64,000 nt of DNA from positions 49,290 through 113,289 of IMG/VR virus record IMGVR_UViG_3300027811_000003. One strand, 5' to 3'. This stretch comes from a virus. The position numbers and the translations under genes were made by a program. Positions 26,682 to 35,886 of this stretch are shown in pieces (the first letter of the stretch is position 1; each line of letters opens with the position of its first letter). The notes beneath the pieces were generated by a model. It did no database searches. It saw nothing but the letters and a program-made list of their open reading frames with translations, and was not told the origin of the DNA.

Positions 26682-28487
26682 TTAAAAATCTTTCCTGCTC
26701 TTTGTTCCAAGAGGGTCAGTGCAACTGGAGAACACTTTGTAATTCGTTACAAAGCTGCCACGTTGGATGACGTCTTCTTTCTCGTAAAGCGTGAACGGAC
26801 CGTCCCACCTGCTTATACCGAAGTCGAGCCATATCAAACCAAACGTGTCTAACACGAAGTTTCCTATCGTGATTATCTGTCCTTGAATAGTGGGAGAAAA
26901 AATCTGCTGAACAGCCGGCGCTCTGTCTTCTTTCCAAGCTGCGTCAGGAGATGTAACTTTTTCTGACCTGTTCACACTCTTGTCACCGAAGTAACGTCTC
27001 ATGAAGATGCCAGCCATCTGCTCGTCTTGTATAACTTCAAACGACGTGTCTTGCACGAATGAGTTTCCTTTGACTAAAGAAACGAACGGAACTCCCTTGT
27101 CGTTCACTGCTTTTTTTATGTCGTTCCTGCTCACTATCTCACTTGGTAGCTTCTGCGCATCGTCGGGAGAAAACTTGACGAATTCTGATTTCGTGTCAAA
27201 AATGTAGTAGTAAACTTCCATCTTGCCGCTTCTGTTTCTCCTAGACACACTCTTCATGATCAGCTCGGGTATAGATCTATTCGAATTGTTGTCTTCTCCT
27301 TTCCTGTCCCAGACGTATTCTTTCGAAAACAATCTCAAAAAAGGTTCGATGAAGTTGTACACAGTCAGTCTAGAGCCAGCCTTCATGAGATCTCTGAACA
27401 CTTTTTCGACGTCGTCTAGCGGAAAAGTGAAGTCAGATATCGGTTTGTTAGACACGTCTGCACCGGCAGAATATTTTGGAGCTGGCTTCCCCGCTCTGCC
27501 GTTCAAGCACCCGACGAACATCTCCTTGAAATCAAATCCTAAGCTCGTGAACGAGTCTTTGATCGCGTCTGCGAATATCACGTCTATGACCATCCCGAAC
27601 GGAATGTCGACAACGCCTTTCTTCTTTGACAACTTTCCAGAAGAAGACACTTCGTCGTGAAACTTGTTCAGCAGCGCTTTGACGGGCGAACCTCCGTCAG
27701 CGTACGGGTCTATTTCTACTAGTTTCCCAGCTTTCGTTATAGTCGTCGTAGCGTTGGGATCGCGTACCAAGAAAGCTTGTCTCAATCCGCTTTCTCCCAG
27801 CTCGTACGCTTGAATCGCAAAACGTATCTGCGAATCTGTCTGCAAGTTGAACTTGTAACTCGTGACGTAAAATCTTACTTGTTCTCTTCCTTGGACTGCG
27901 ATTCCTTTTGACCTGTCTACGAAGCCTTCGCCGTTAAGCAACCCGTTGCTCACTCCCGTGCTTGCAGACCAACCATACTCCAAAGCAAAAGCTTGTCCTG
28001 GAGTGATGAGTGACGACCACGAGTCTTCGTCGCCGACATGCGACCCGTCAGATCTTATGTGTTGGTCGAACACTACGTCAGGTCTGTGGACGACAAACGT
28101 GATCTCAAGCGTCCTGTACAAGATGATGCCTCTTGGATTCGCCACTTTCACGCTTATCTTTTCCAACGAAACTGGGGGCCTGTCTCTGAATCTCTCGTTG
28201 GCGCTCGACAACGACCTACCGAATTTAGGAGGCTCTACCCAAGTCATGTTCAACGGATGTCTTGGCGACCCGTCAGAGTTTGCGTGCATCGCCTTCCCAG
28301 TCGACGGGTCTATCTCCCACATGGTGACGTAAGGTACAGCTTGCGCTTTTTCAGCTGGAGTTATTCCTTCGAGGAGTTCAATCGCTTTCTGAGAGCACGC
28401 GTAAAAGGGTTTGCCGCTCGTGTCACCGTCGTTAGAAGGCGGCGCAGAGTTAGACAGCACTGCGAACTTTTGCGGTTTGTAGCTCAT
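26682..28487 (-). CDS. Putative baseplate hub protein
   Basis: Position after the LysM/wedge gene; LEYGW motif; C-terminal beta-rich hub-like segment. Confidence 0.55.
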   Translation of the reverse strand: MSYKPQKFAVLSNSAPPSNDGDTSGKPFYACSQKAIELLEGITPAEKAQAVPYVTMWEIDPSTGKAMHANSDGSPRHPLNMTWVEPPKFGRSLSSANERFRDRPPVSLEKISVKVANPRGIILYRTLEITFVVHRPDVVFDQHIRSDGSHVGDEDSWSSLITPGQAFALEYGWSASTGVSNGLLNGEGFVDRSKGIAVQGREQVRFYVTSYKFNLQTDSQIRFAIQAYELGESGLRQAFLVRDPNATTTITKAGKLVEIDPYADGGSPVKALLNKFHDEVSSSGKLSKKKGVVDIPFGMVIDVIFADAIKDSFTSLGFDFKEMFVGCLNGRAGKPAPKYSAGADVSNKPISDFTFPLDDVEKVFRDLMKAGSRLTVYNFIEPFLRLFSKEYVWDRKGEDNNSNRSIPELIMKSVSRRNRSGKMEVYYYIFDTKSEFVKFSPDDAQKLPSEIVSRNDIKKAVNDKGVPFVSLVKGNSFVQDTSFEVIQDEQMAGIFMRRYFGDKSVNRSEKVTSPDAAWKEDRAPAVQQIFSPTIQGQIITIGNFVLDTFGLIWLDFGISRWDGPFTLYEKEDVIQRGSFVTNYKVFSSCTDPLGTKSRKDF

Positions 28488-28798
28488 CTCATTATCTTGT
28501 CAAGCACATCTTGTGCGCTTGTCGGAATTTTCAACGTTTTTCCTGGAACAAGCCCGCCAGACGCGAAAGGATAAGATATGTCATTCACCAGAGCTATGAC
28601 CCACCAGTATTGATCGTCTCCGAGAAACTTCGCAGCTAGATGGTCAAGCCTGTCTCCAGCCTTGTAGTCGTAATCAAACGTCTCGACGCCTTCCAGTAAA
28701 TTCAATCTAACGTATCCCGCAGATCTCACGGGAGTTGAAAACGTCTTGTACGACTTCCCGTCAAGCAACGGAGTGTCAGAATATCTGCCTTTTGCCAC
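28484..28798 (-). CDS. Baseplate wedge / LysM-like tail X protein (gp53-like)
   Basis: GDRLDHLAAKFLGDDQYWWVIALVN...PGKTLKIP. Confidence 0.85.
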   Translation of the reverse strand: MAKGRYSDTPLLDGKSYKTFSTPVRSAGYVRLNLLEGVETFDYDYKAGDRLDHLAAKFLGDDQYWWVIALVNDISYPFASGGLVPGKTLKIPTSAQDVLDKIMR

Positions 28799-28806
28799 GT
28801 TTCACC

Positions 28807-30633
28807 TCACACGTCAGTTATCTTGTCGTAGTCAAGCTGCGAATCATCACCGAAACGTCTAAAGAACCCTTGACCGACTGGGACGACATTTTTACCGGTC
28901 ATGTTGTCGATGATCGTAGACAAATAGTTTCCCGATGCGTCGAAAGTGCCGAGACCGCCAAACTTGCCGTCTTTCCCTCTGCCGACGGGAACGTCGTGCA
29001 GCACAGTGAACGTCATAGAAACTTCTATGTTTCTTGGAAGCTTGAAGTCTTTCTTGAGTTCCCACAACGCTTCAGAATAATCGAAGTCAAGACTTTTGAT
29101 GATTCCAGGCATGCCCTTGCTTCCTTCTTGCCCGTTCGAATTGAAAACGTCTCCTATATGCAACCTGACTACTGGACCTGACGTCATCACTAGATTGTTG
29201 TCGTATTCTGGATATACCATGGAAGAGAGCCAGTGAAGCTTCTGCCATATAGTTACCACGTCTTCAGGACCAAACGCGACCAACGCGAAATCTATCGAAA
29301 TGTTCCTTGCTGTAGACTGATACGTCGCCACTGCGTCTACTCTTCCCATGTAGTTCGTTTCGTTCCACTGAGGAGACAAGCTCTCCCTCAATCCTCTTAT
29401 CAACGGTCTGAAATACACTGTCCTGTACGTGTCGCCGATCGGCCTGAGATCGGTGAAAGACAACGGCAAGTACATGTCGTCGTCGTCTATCTGGTCTCCC
29501 CGTCCTTTTCTAAACGTCGTGAACCCGAGATCGTTCTCGCCCTTCGTTCTCATCGGAATGATCCCGTCAGCGAACGCCGTGGCAGTCAATCTATCGACTG
29601 AGCCGACGCTAGATCCGTTAGCGAGAGAATTTCTGACTCCGTCGAAAGCTTTCACAAGGTCGTCAGACTTCTTCATCCTGGCCAAACGCGGCTGACCGTC
29701 CATCTTGTTCTGACCAGTGTCCATCATGCTGGTCAAAGAACCTGCGCGACCGTTCAGGACCTCGTCTACTAACGAACCGACTTGAATTTGAAACTGTGCT
29801 GTTCCTTCGGCTGGCAAGTCTAAAGCAGGCAACAAGAGATCGCCGTTTCCTGGAACCGGAGCGATCAGCGCCGGGTTCCATATGTTTCCGAAAGTGTTCA
29901 AAGCGAACAACGACTTCTGCGTCATCGCGTGAACGATCAACTTTTCAGGACCAAGTCGAGCGAGCCTCTCCAAGTGCCTCTCGTACAACACGGGATCACC
30001 AGCCAACGAACCAGGATCTGAAACTCCTATCATGGGAGAGTAAGTGTCTCCGTCTATGCTGTAGCCAGAAGTCTGTTTGAAGTCTGGAGCGACGTTTTCC
30101 TTGGAAGGCTTTGCCAACGCGACGTCTGCGGGAGGAGCCAAGAAAGACGCTTCGGGTCTGACGAACTTCGGAGGGTTTGGGACGTCGTCGTGCTTCGACA
30201 ACTCTACGTTGACGGGTTTGACGGGATCGCTCGGATGACCCTCGACGAACTTCGGAGGAAACGGAACGCTTGACTCGCTTGTTTTCTCTGGCACGAGCGG
30301 AGGAGGCAGCCTCGATGGATAAATCAGCGTCGGCGATATGACGAGCGTGTTTGTTTGCCCTGTCGCCGGCTCAAATGACAACGGAGGCGAGGAAGGAGAC
30401 GGAGTGCTCAAGACGACGTTCTGTGGTGACGACATAAGAGAGTGGATAGGTACAATGAACTCAGGAGGAAGTGGGAGCTGCGCCTTGACGGCGGGCTTCG
30501 GTGCGAGGCCTGGCATGCGTGCTATCAGCTCGATGGGGCTTTCTCTCAACGGATCGTAAGGATCTTCGGGGGTGTCTGGGCTTCGTTCCCTAGAAACCAA
30601 AAACTGTCCAATCAAGACTTCTATCTCTGACAT
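28807..30633 (-). CDS. Baseplate tube-initiator-like protein with Pro-rich N-terminus
   Basis: C-terminal W...YMGR..YQSTAR.I...L..MVYP.Y...P...L.IGD...GII.SL; follows the tape measure gene. Confidence 0.65.
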   Translation of the reverse strand: MSEIEVLIGQFLVSRERSPDTPEDPYDPLRESPIELIARMPGLAPKPAVKAQLPLPPEFIVPIHSLMSSPQNVVLSTPSPSSPPLSFEPATGQTNTLVISPTLIYPSRLPPPLVPEKTSESSVPFPPKFVEGHPSDPVKPVNVELSKHDDVPNPPKFVRPEASFLAPPADVALAKPSKENVAPDFKQTSGYSIDGDTYSPMIGVSDPGSLAGDPVLYERHLERLARLGPEKLIVHAMTQKSLFALNTFGNIWNPALIAPVPGNGDLLLPALDLPAEGTAQFQIQVGSLVDEVLNGRAGSLTSMMDTGQNKMDGQPRLARMKKSDDLVKAFDGVRNSLANGSSVGSVDRLTATAFADGIIPMRTKGENDLGFTTFRKGRGDQIDDDDMYLPLSFTDLRPIGDTYRTVYFRPLIRGLRESLSPQWNETNYMGRVDAVATYQSTARNISIDFALVAFGPEDVVTIWQKLHWLSSMVYPEYDNNLVMTSGPVVRLHIGDVFNSNGQEGSKGMPGIIKSLDFDYSEALWELKKDFKLPRNIEVSMTFTVLHDVPVGRGKDGKFGGLGTFDASGNYLSTIIDNMTGKNVVPVGQGFFRRFGDDSQLDYDKITDV

Positions 30634-30646
30634 GTGAGTCGCCTCG

Positions 30647-33496
30647 TTATTCTGACAAAGCCCGCCTCGATATGTGTCTGGCGACGTGCTGTCCGACCAA
30701 GTTTCCGTCCAAGAACACGTCGCCAGCGACTATCGTCACGTCCTTGCTATGCTTGCCAGCGTCCTTAGTCTTAGCGGCGTAGTTAACGGGACCAGAGTTT
30801 CCAGCCGGTTTTGCTACAGTCGCTGCGGGAGGGTTGACAGTCGTCGCTTGAACGACGGGAGTTTTGTTCGCGCGTTCGCCAGCGAACCTTATCGACTGCT
30901 TGTCTACTATGCTTCTGATCTCTTCTTCGTTCAGGGCGCCCTGCGAGAACTGCGACAGCAACCTCGCGTTCTTGCTAACAAGCTGAGACTGAGCGACGTC
31001 GCCTTGACCAAGTTTAGCTTTCTTCAATTGTTCGACGAGCACTTTGGCCTGCTCTTCGCCCGTGAACCCTGCTTCCTTGAGGTTCGTCGACATGTCCTTC
31101 TCGCCGAAGATCATCTTGCCGAACGTGCTGTACCTGATCGCGTCCCAGAGCTTGTCGAACAAGCTGCTCATCTTCTCGTATCCGACGACTACCCAATCGT
31201 TTATGCTCTTGCCGCCGACTTCGAGAGTTCCGACGAACTTGCCCAACTCCCATCCAGCCAAGCCAGCAGCTGCGACTAGACCCGCCTGCATCGCTCTTCC
31301 AGACATCCCTGCGGCGTTCGACAAGTTGTTCAACGAACCGAACAGCGCTCCACCCGCTGCTTGAACGCTCGCTCTCAGAGCTTGAAAAGTTCCGCCGACC
31401 CCCGGCAGTTCTTTCTTTACGTTCATGAAAGCTGTCACGCTCGCTTCGCCAGCGGTCGCGAACTTGCTAGCAGTAGACCACAGCAGCTTGCCTGAAGATT
31501 GTATCAGACCGATGAGACCTTTTTCTCCGCCTAGAAGCTTTATTGTGCTGTTGAGCCCGCCGACGACAGTCGAAACGCCCATGACGCCCTTCAGCACGCC
31601 GAAACCAACGACGATCTTGTCTATGTTGTTCGCGATGAATCCGAAGATGTCGTGCGCCATCTTGATGTGCTCGTCAGTGAAGACTTTCTTGTCGAGAGTT
31701 TCGACGAGACTCTTCAAGCCGCCGTATATCTTGCCGACGCCCGTGATCGCGTCGTCGACCCACTTCTTGAGCTCTCCGCTGTCGACGAACGTCTTCACTC
31801 TCAAGGCGAAGTCCTTGAAGTCTGTCGCCCATCCAGAGATCATCTTCATCGTCTTCGGGTCGCTGGCCATCTTGTCTATGAAGTCAGTCAACGTCTTGAA
31901 CGACGCTTTCATGACTTGACCGAACGTCATCTTCTTCCCCTTGTCGTCGACGTCGTTCATCAGACCGAACACCTTCAAGAACGGCTTGATCAAATTAGCC
32001 AAAGACACAGTCACAGTGTCCCAAGCTTGTCCGAAGTTGAACAGAGTCTCTGCGGTCTTAGACAGAGCGTCCCTGATCTTCTTTTCGTCGTTGACCTGAG
32101 CTGCACGAGCTTCCACTTGCTTCTTCTGGAATTCTTCTAGAGTCAGATTACTGTTTAGGACACCCGCAGCTTCCTCTTCTGTCAAATTCATCGTCTGCGA
32201 GAAGAACTTTCTCTCTTGACGATTCATTCCTTCCCAAGTCTTTCCCTGTTCTTTGAAAGCTTTTCTGACAGTTTCTAGACGTTTGCTGGGGTCCTGCTCG
32301 AGCATGAGCTCCATCGCGTTTATGCTAGAGCCGAAGACGGTGTTCATCTTCGCAGCAGCTTCTGCAGTAGACTGGAACGTGTCTGTCATCTCAGTGAAAC
32401 GTTGCAACGACTGTAGCGACACGCCCAACTTTTCAGCGAAGGCAGCTGAGTCGAGGAACGTCTTCTTGCCGACCTTGCCGAACGTGACCATGAAGTTCTT
32501 TGCGGCGACGATGCTCTTGCTGAACTTTGACGTTTGAACTCCAGCGTCGTTCGCGGCGTCAGAGATCATCGCCATGTTCTTGTCGACGTCAGCTGCGCCT
32601 TCGCCCAACATGTAGAACGTCCTGGAGAGCTCACCTGCGGCAGCGCTGCCTATTCCTATCGCTCTGCCCGCTAAAGTAGCCTTGGTCGCGATGTCGTCGA
32701 ACCCCTTTCCGACGAACCCCAACGCGAGCGACGTATCCTGCCACATCTGCAATCCGACGCCCAAAGCTCCGCCAGTCAACGACCTCAACGTGCCTTCAAC
32801 CTTCCACGCTTCCTTGCGAGTTTCAGACAGACCCTTCGTAGACGCGCCCATCGCCAAATTGAACTGTCCGACTGCTTTTGTTGTTCGTTCAAACAGATCG
32901 TAGACTTTCAAGAACGCGTCCTTGATCTTCTCAAAAGTGAACAGCAAAGAGTCAAAAGCTAGAACAGTCATCGACTTTCCAAGCTTGTCTACTGCAGCTA
33001 GAGCTTGGTTCGCGACGACCTTGGCGAACATTCCTGTCGCGCTGCTCAACCCTTTCACTTGGGTTTGCTGGATATCAAGATCCTTATTCAGATCTTTTAT
33101 CACTTTCCCGAAATCTACGTTGTCTTTGGTGAGACGCCTCCACTCCTTGTGCTCGTCTTTAGTCAGCTTCTTGTTCTTCAGCTGGTTGTAGCGCTTCTGC
33201 GCGGCGCTGACTTCGTTTATCTTGTCTCTGGTGTCCTTTATGGCCTTGCTCAACTGTATTTCGGCCTTGGCGCGTTCACCCAAGCTTTTCGCCAACTGAG
33301 AGTTCACGCGAGCAGCGCTTTTGATATTCTTTTCGAGTTGTTCTATCTTGTTGAGTCCAGACACTCTGACGTCGATTGGAATCACGTCGAGCTTCTGAAT
33401 CGCGACTAGCTTGGCAGACATGTCAGTTAGGAGGCTGTTGATGGCCTCCAATTCTGGTTTTACGTTCCTGGGTATCTTCGGGATGTCATTTGCCAC
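30647..33496 (-). CDS. Tail tape measure protein
   Basis: 949-aa Ala/Lys-rich helical protein after the chaperone; C-terminal VFLDGNLVG. Confidence 0.85.
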   Translation of the reverse strand: MANDIPKIPRNVKPELEAINSLLTDMSAKLVAIQKLDVIPIDVRVSGLNKIEQLEKNIKSAARVNSQLAKSLGERAKAEIQLSKAIKDTRDKINEVSAAQKRYNQLKNKKLTKDEHKEWRRLTKDNVDFGKVIKDLNKDLDIQQTQVKGLSSATGMFAKVVANQALAAVDKLGKSMTVLAFDSLLFTFEKIKDAFLKVYDLFERTTKAVGQFNLAMGASTKGLSETRKEAWKVEGTLRSLTGGALGVGLQMWQDTSLALGFVGKGFDDIATKATLAGRAIGIGSAAAGELSRTFYMLGEGAADVDKNMAMISDAANDAGVQTSKFSKSIVAAKNFMVTFGKVGKKTFLDSAAFAEKLGVSLQSLQRFTEMTDTFQSTAEAAAKMNTVFGSSINAMELMLEQDPSKRLETVRKAFKEQGKTWEGMNRQERKFFSQTMNLTEEEAAGVLNSNLTLEEFQKKQVEARAAQVNDEKKIRDALSKTAETLFNFGQAWDTVTVSLANLIKPFLKVFGLMNDVDDKGKKMTFGQVMKASFKTLTDFIDKMASDPKTMKMISGWATDFKDFALRVKTFVDSGELKKWVDDAITGVGKIYGGLKSLVETLDKKVFTDEHIKMAHDIFGFIANNIDKIVVGFGVLKGVMGVSTVVGGLNSTIKLLGGEKGLIGLIQSSGKLLWSTASKFATAGEASVTAFMNVKKELPGVGGTFQALRASVQAAGGALFGSLNNLSNAAGMSGRAMQAGLVAAAGLAGWELGKFVGTLEVGGKSINDWVVVGYEKMSSLFDKLWDAIRYSTFGKMIFGEKDMSTNLKEAGFTGEEQAKVLVEQLKKAKLGQGDVAQSQLVSKNARLLSQFSQGALNEEEIRSIVDKQSIRFAGERANKTPVVQATTVNPPAATVAKPAGNSGPVNYAAKTKDAGKHSKDVTIVAGDVFLDGNLVGQHVARHISRRALSE

Positions 33497-33668
33497 GCTT
33501 TTCGTCTCTCTGCTTCTTCTCTTCTAACTCTCTGCTCTTTCTCTTGATCCACCACTTCCTTACGACAATCGGCATAGATTTCGCTTCGTTGAATCCTATG
33601 TCGCAGTACTCCTTGAGTTGAAAAAGCTCTTCAAGAACATTCTCAGCGTCCTCAGGCCGAAGGCCAAA
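33486..33668 (-). CDS. Tail assembly chaperone frameshift extension (GT-like), +1 frame
   Basis: 60-codon open frame FGLRPEDAENVLEELFQLKEYCDIGFNEAKSMPIVVRKWWIKRK...; entered at TTC-TTT-T; stop overlaps the tape measure start. Confidence 0.75.
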   Translation of the reverse strand, partial: FGLRPEDAENVLEELFQLKEYCDIGFNEAKSMPIVVRKWWIKRKSRELEEKKQRDEKRGK

Positions 33669-34473
33669 AGAATTCAGTCGTCATCGGGACGTCCACCTCC
33701 GACTCCTCAGTACAGAAAGGACACTTGAACAGTTGTTTCATGTCGACACCGGGAGAAATCTTCTCGATGTGCTTCCTGAGTTCCTTCGAATCGCGTGCCG
33801 GGATCGACCTGACAAGCTGAGAAATCTTGCTCCTGTCTGTTTCTCCGTTTATCGACAGCAACTGATACGTCAATCTCGCTGTCACAAGACCTTCGTTTCC
33901 AAGCTTCTTGAGCTTCGACAACATCGCAGACAAGTCCTTTTCGTCTGCGCCAGTTAGAAGCTTGAAAGTGATCTGTGCTTTGCTAACTGGCAGCTGAAAA
34001 TAGAATTCGTTAGTGTTTGGGATCTTCGGCAAAACGCCGAGTCGCTTAACTGGAATCTGTGCTAGGTCGAACTCATAGTTGCTCTTCTTCCCGCAACACG
34101 GGCACTCCACTTCGATGACGTATTCTTGACCGTAGCCAGTGATGCGAATAGCAGTCAAGATCGCGTTCTTGTCTCCTGCGATCATAGTAGAAACGTCTAT
34201 GGAGCGGTCTATCAGACACGCTTTCATCAGAACGTCAAGCACTGTGCCGTTCTTCAAAAGACCCTGAGAAGTCAAGATGTCTTCCTCAAGAGCAGTCATC
34301 GCCTTGATTTCGACGAATTCTTTCCCAGCGAGCGGAGAATCTGACGGATAAATCAAACCCATGCTAGGAAGCGGAACTGACGCAGCTGGAACAACAAAAC
34401 CTTTGTCGCCTGGAGCTGGCTGGTTCTTAGAAAGCGAAACTTTTTCTTCTGACATTGATAGTCCTTTCGACAA
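33652..34473 (-). CDS. Tail assembly chaperone / T4 gp26-like hub assembly protein
   Basis: LPSMG.IY, MTALEEDIL, GDKNAIL..IR..GYG, two CxxC, terminal FFWP. Confidence 0.8.
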   Translation of the reverse strand: MSKGLSMSEEKVSLSKNQPAPGDKGFVVPAASVPLPSMGLIYPSDSPLAGKEFVEIKAMTALEEDILTSQGLLKNGTVLDVLMKACLIDRSIDVSTMIAGDKNAILTAIRITGYGQEYVIEVECPCCGKKSNYEFDLAQIPVKRLGVLPKIPNTNEFYFQLPVSKAQITFKLLTGADEKDLSAMLSKLKKLGNEGLVTARLTYQLLSINGETDRSKISQLVRSIPARDSKELRKHIEKISPGVDMKQLFKCPFCTEESEVDVPMTTEFFWPSA

Positions 34474-34526
34474 CGAAATTCTTCAATGATAAGTAGGACA
34501 TCAAATCGCTTTATTTCTGTTACACG

Positions 34527-34847
34527 TCACTCGCCTACGGCTGCGAACGTCGTTCCGAAGATGGCTCCCAACGTCGCCGTTATTGTCGCCCCAGGGTTAG
34601 AACTCGGCGAATGAACTAAACCACCGTGTTCAGTCACAGTCCACCTCTCAGGTACAGAGCTCGTCCAAGTGCACGATGTAGTTATGTTCTGAGTCGGTCC
34701 GATGTCGTACGTCCCTGTGGCAGTACACTGTCTGCTGCTGTTTGATCCCATGTGGCAAGGGCTGGGAGTGACTGCGATGGACAAAAGAACTGGAACGGGA
34801 GCGCTTGAAGCATGTTTTGGTTTGATGAGCATCAAAGAAGCGAACAT
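34527..34847 (-). CDS. Ig-like (Big_2) tail accessory protein
   Basis: LLSIAVTP...ATGTY...NIT..CTWTSS...ATITATLG; N-terminal MFASLMLIKPK. Confidence 0.75.
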   Translation of the reverse strand: MFASLMLIKPKHASSAPVPVLLSIAVTPSPCHMGSNSSRQCTATGTYDIGPTQNITTSCTWTSSVPERWTVTEHGGLVHSPSSNPGATITATLGAIFGTTFAAVGE

Positions 34848-34861
34848 GGTTTGTTATTTCT

Positions 34862-35563
34862 CTAGAAAGGATATTGTTTGCCGGCGCCTGCGTTGTATAA
34901 CTGCGTTATCTCAGTAAACGTCAGAACTCTGTTCCACAAAGCGATTTCGTCTATACAACCAGTGAATTTGTCCATCATTATGATGCTTTTTCCAATAACG
35001 ATTGGGCCGCTCGCAGTGTCAGGCGAAGCAGCTGCCGGTGTCCAAGAAACACCGTCTAGAAAACACGTTGTGTTTACACCGTCGTACGTCCAGACTACAT
35101 GATGCCACAAGCCCATGACAACTATCACTGGTCCCGTCATTATCTGGCCGCCTAAGTCTAGCACGAATGTCTCTACGACCGGTCCACCCATTTCCATGTG
35201 GTGTATGGTTGGAACCCACATTTGGCCTGGCATCGCGCCGCCGTAACCGAATATCGGCATTGCCGTGAACACACCACCAGACTTCGTGCTTTTTATCCAC
35301 ACGCTTGAAGTTCTAGGCGTTGCACCGAGAACGTTTGGAGAAACTGAAGTGACGATTTGGCTAGTCGAACCATCAAACAAGCCGCCCTGATTGATTTTGC
35401 CATACGACACGTCATATACGACATTCGTGTCAGTTCCAAAAGCGCTGCTAATCTCTTCGTATGAATTATCATCCATCTTGAAGTAAGATACCAGCCCATC
35501 GCATAAAGGATTTAATTGCGCAGCAGCTGGCTTTGGTTTCAGTAGCATCAGAGACGCGAACAT
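34862..35563 (-). CDS. LamG/concanavalin-A-like tail accessory protein
   Basis: GLVSYFKMD, GKINQG..FDG, SVWIK, WHHVVWTYDG, FTGCIDEIALWNRVLT..EI..LYN; N-terminal MFASLMLLKPK. Confidence 0.85.
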   Translation of the reverse strand: MFASLMLLKPKPAAAQLNPLCDGLVSYFKMDDNSYEEISSAFGTDTNVVYDVSYGKINQGGLFDGSTSQIVTSVSPNVLGATPRTSSVWIKSTKSGGVFTAMPIFGYGGAMPGQMWVPTIHHMEMGGPVVETFVLDLGGQIMTGPVIVVMGLWHHVVWTYDGVNTTCFLDGVSWTPAAASPDTASGPIVIGKSIIMMDKFTGCIDEIALWNRVLTFTEITQLYNAGAGKQYPF

Positions 35564-35567
35564 GGTT

Positions 35568-35885
35568 TTACTCTCCTGGAGCGAATACTCTAGTGTTAGA
35601 CACTGCTCCTAGAGAAGCAGTAGCCGTTGCGCTCAAAAAACTAAGCATGTGAGCGTTTCCTACAGTAGAGTCAAAAGCCAAGCGTGCTATGTTAGAACTC
35701 GTGAACGTGCACTGAGTCGTTATGTCAGCAGTCGAGCTGTCGTTGTACGTTCCTATGACTGTCAGCTGCTGATAATCCGGAGGTGCTTGTATGACGAGCA
35801 ACGGATAGATTGTCAACGACAGAAGAGTTGGAGCAGGAGCGCTTGAAACAGGCTTTGGCTTGATGAGCATCAATGACGCGAACAA
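35568..35885 (-). CDS. Ig-like tail accessory protein (TTG start at 35885)
   Basis: (M)FASLMLIKPKPVSSAPAPTLLSLTIYP...GTYND...DIT.QCTFTSS; paralogue of 34527-34847. Confidence 0.7.
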   Translation of the reverse strand: MFASLMLIKPKPVSSAPAPTLLSLTIYPLLVIQAPPDYQQLTVIGTYNDSSTADITTQCTFTSSNIARLAFDSTVGNAHMLSFLSATATASLGAVSNTRVFAPGE

Positions 35886-35886
35886 G

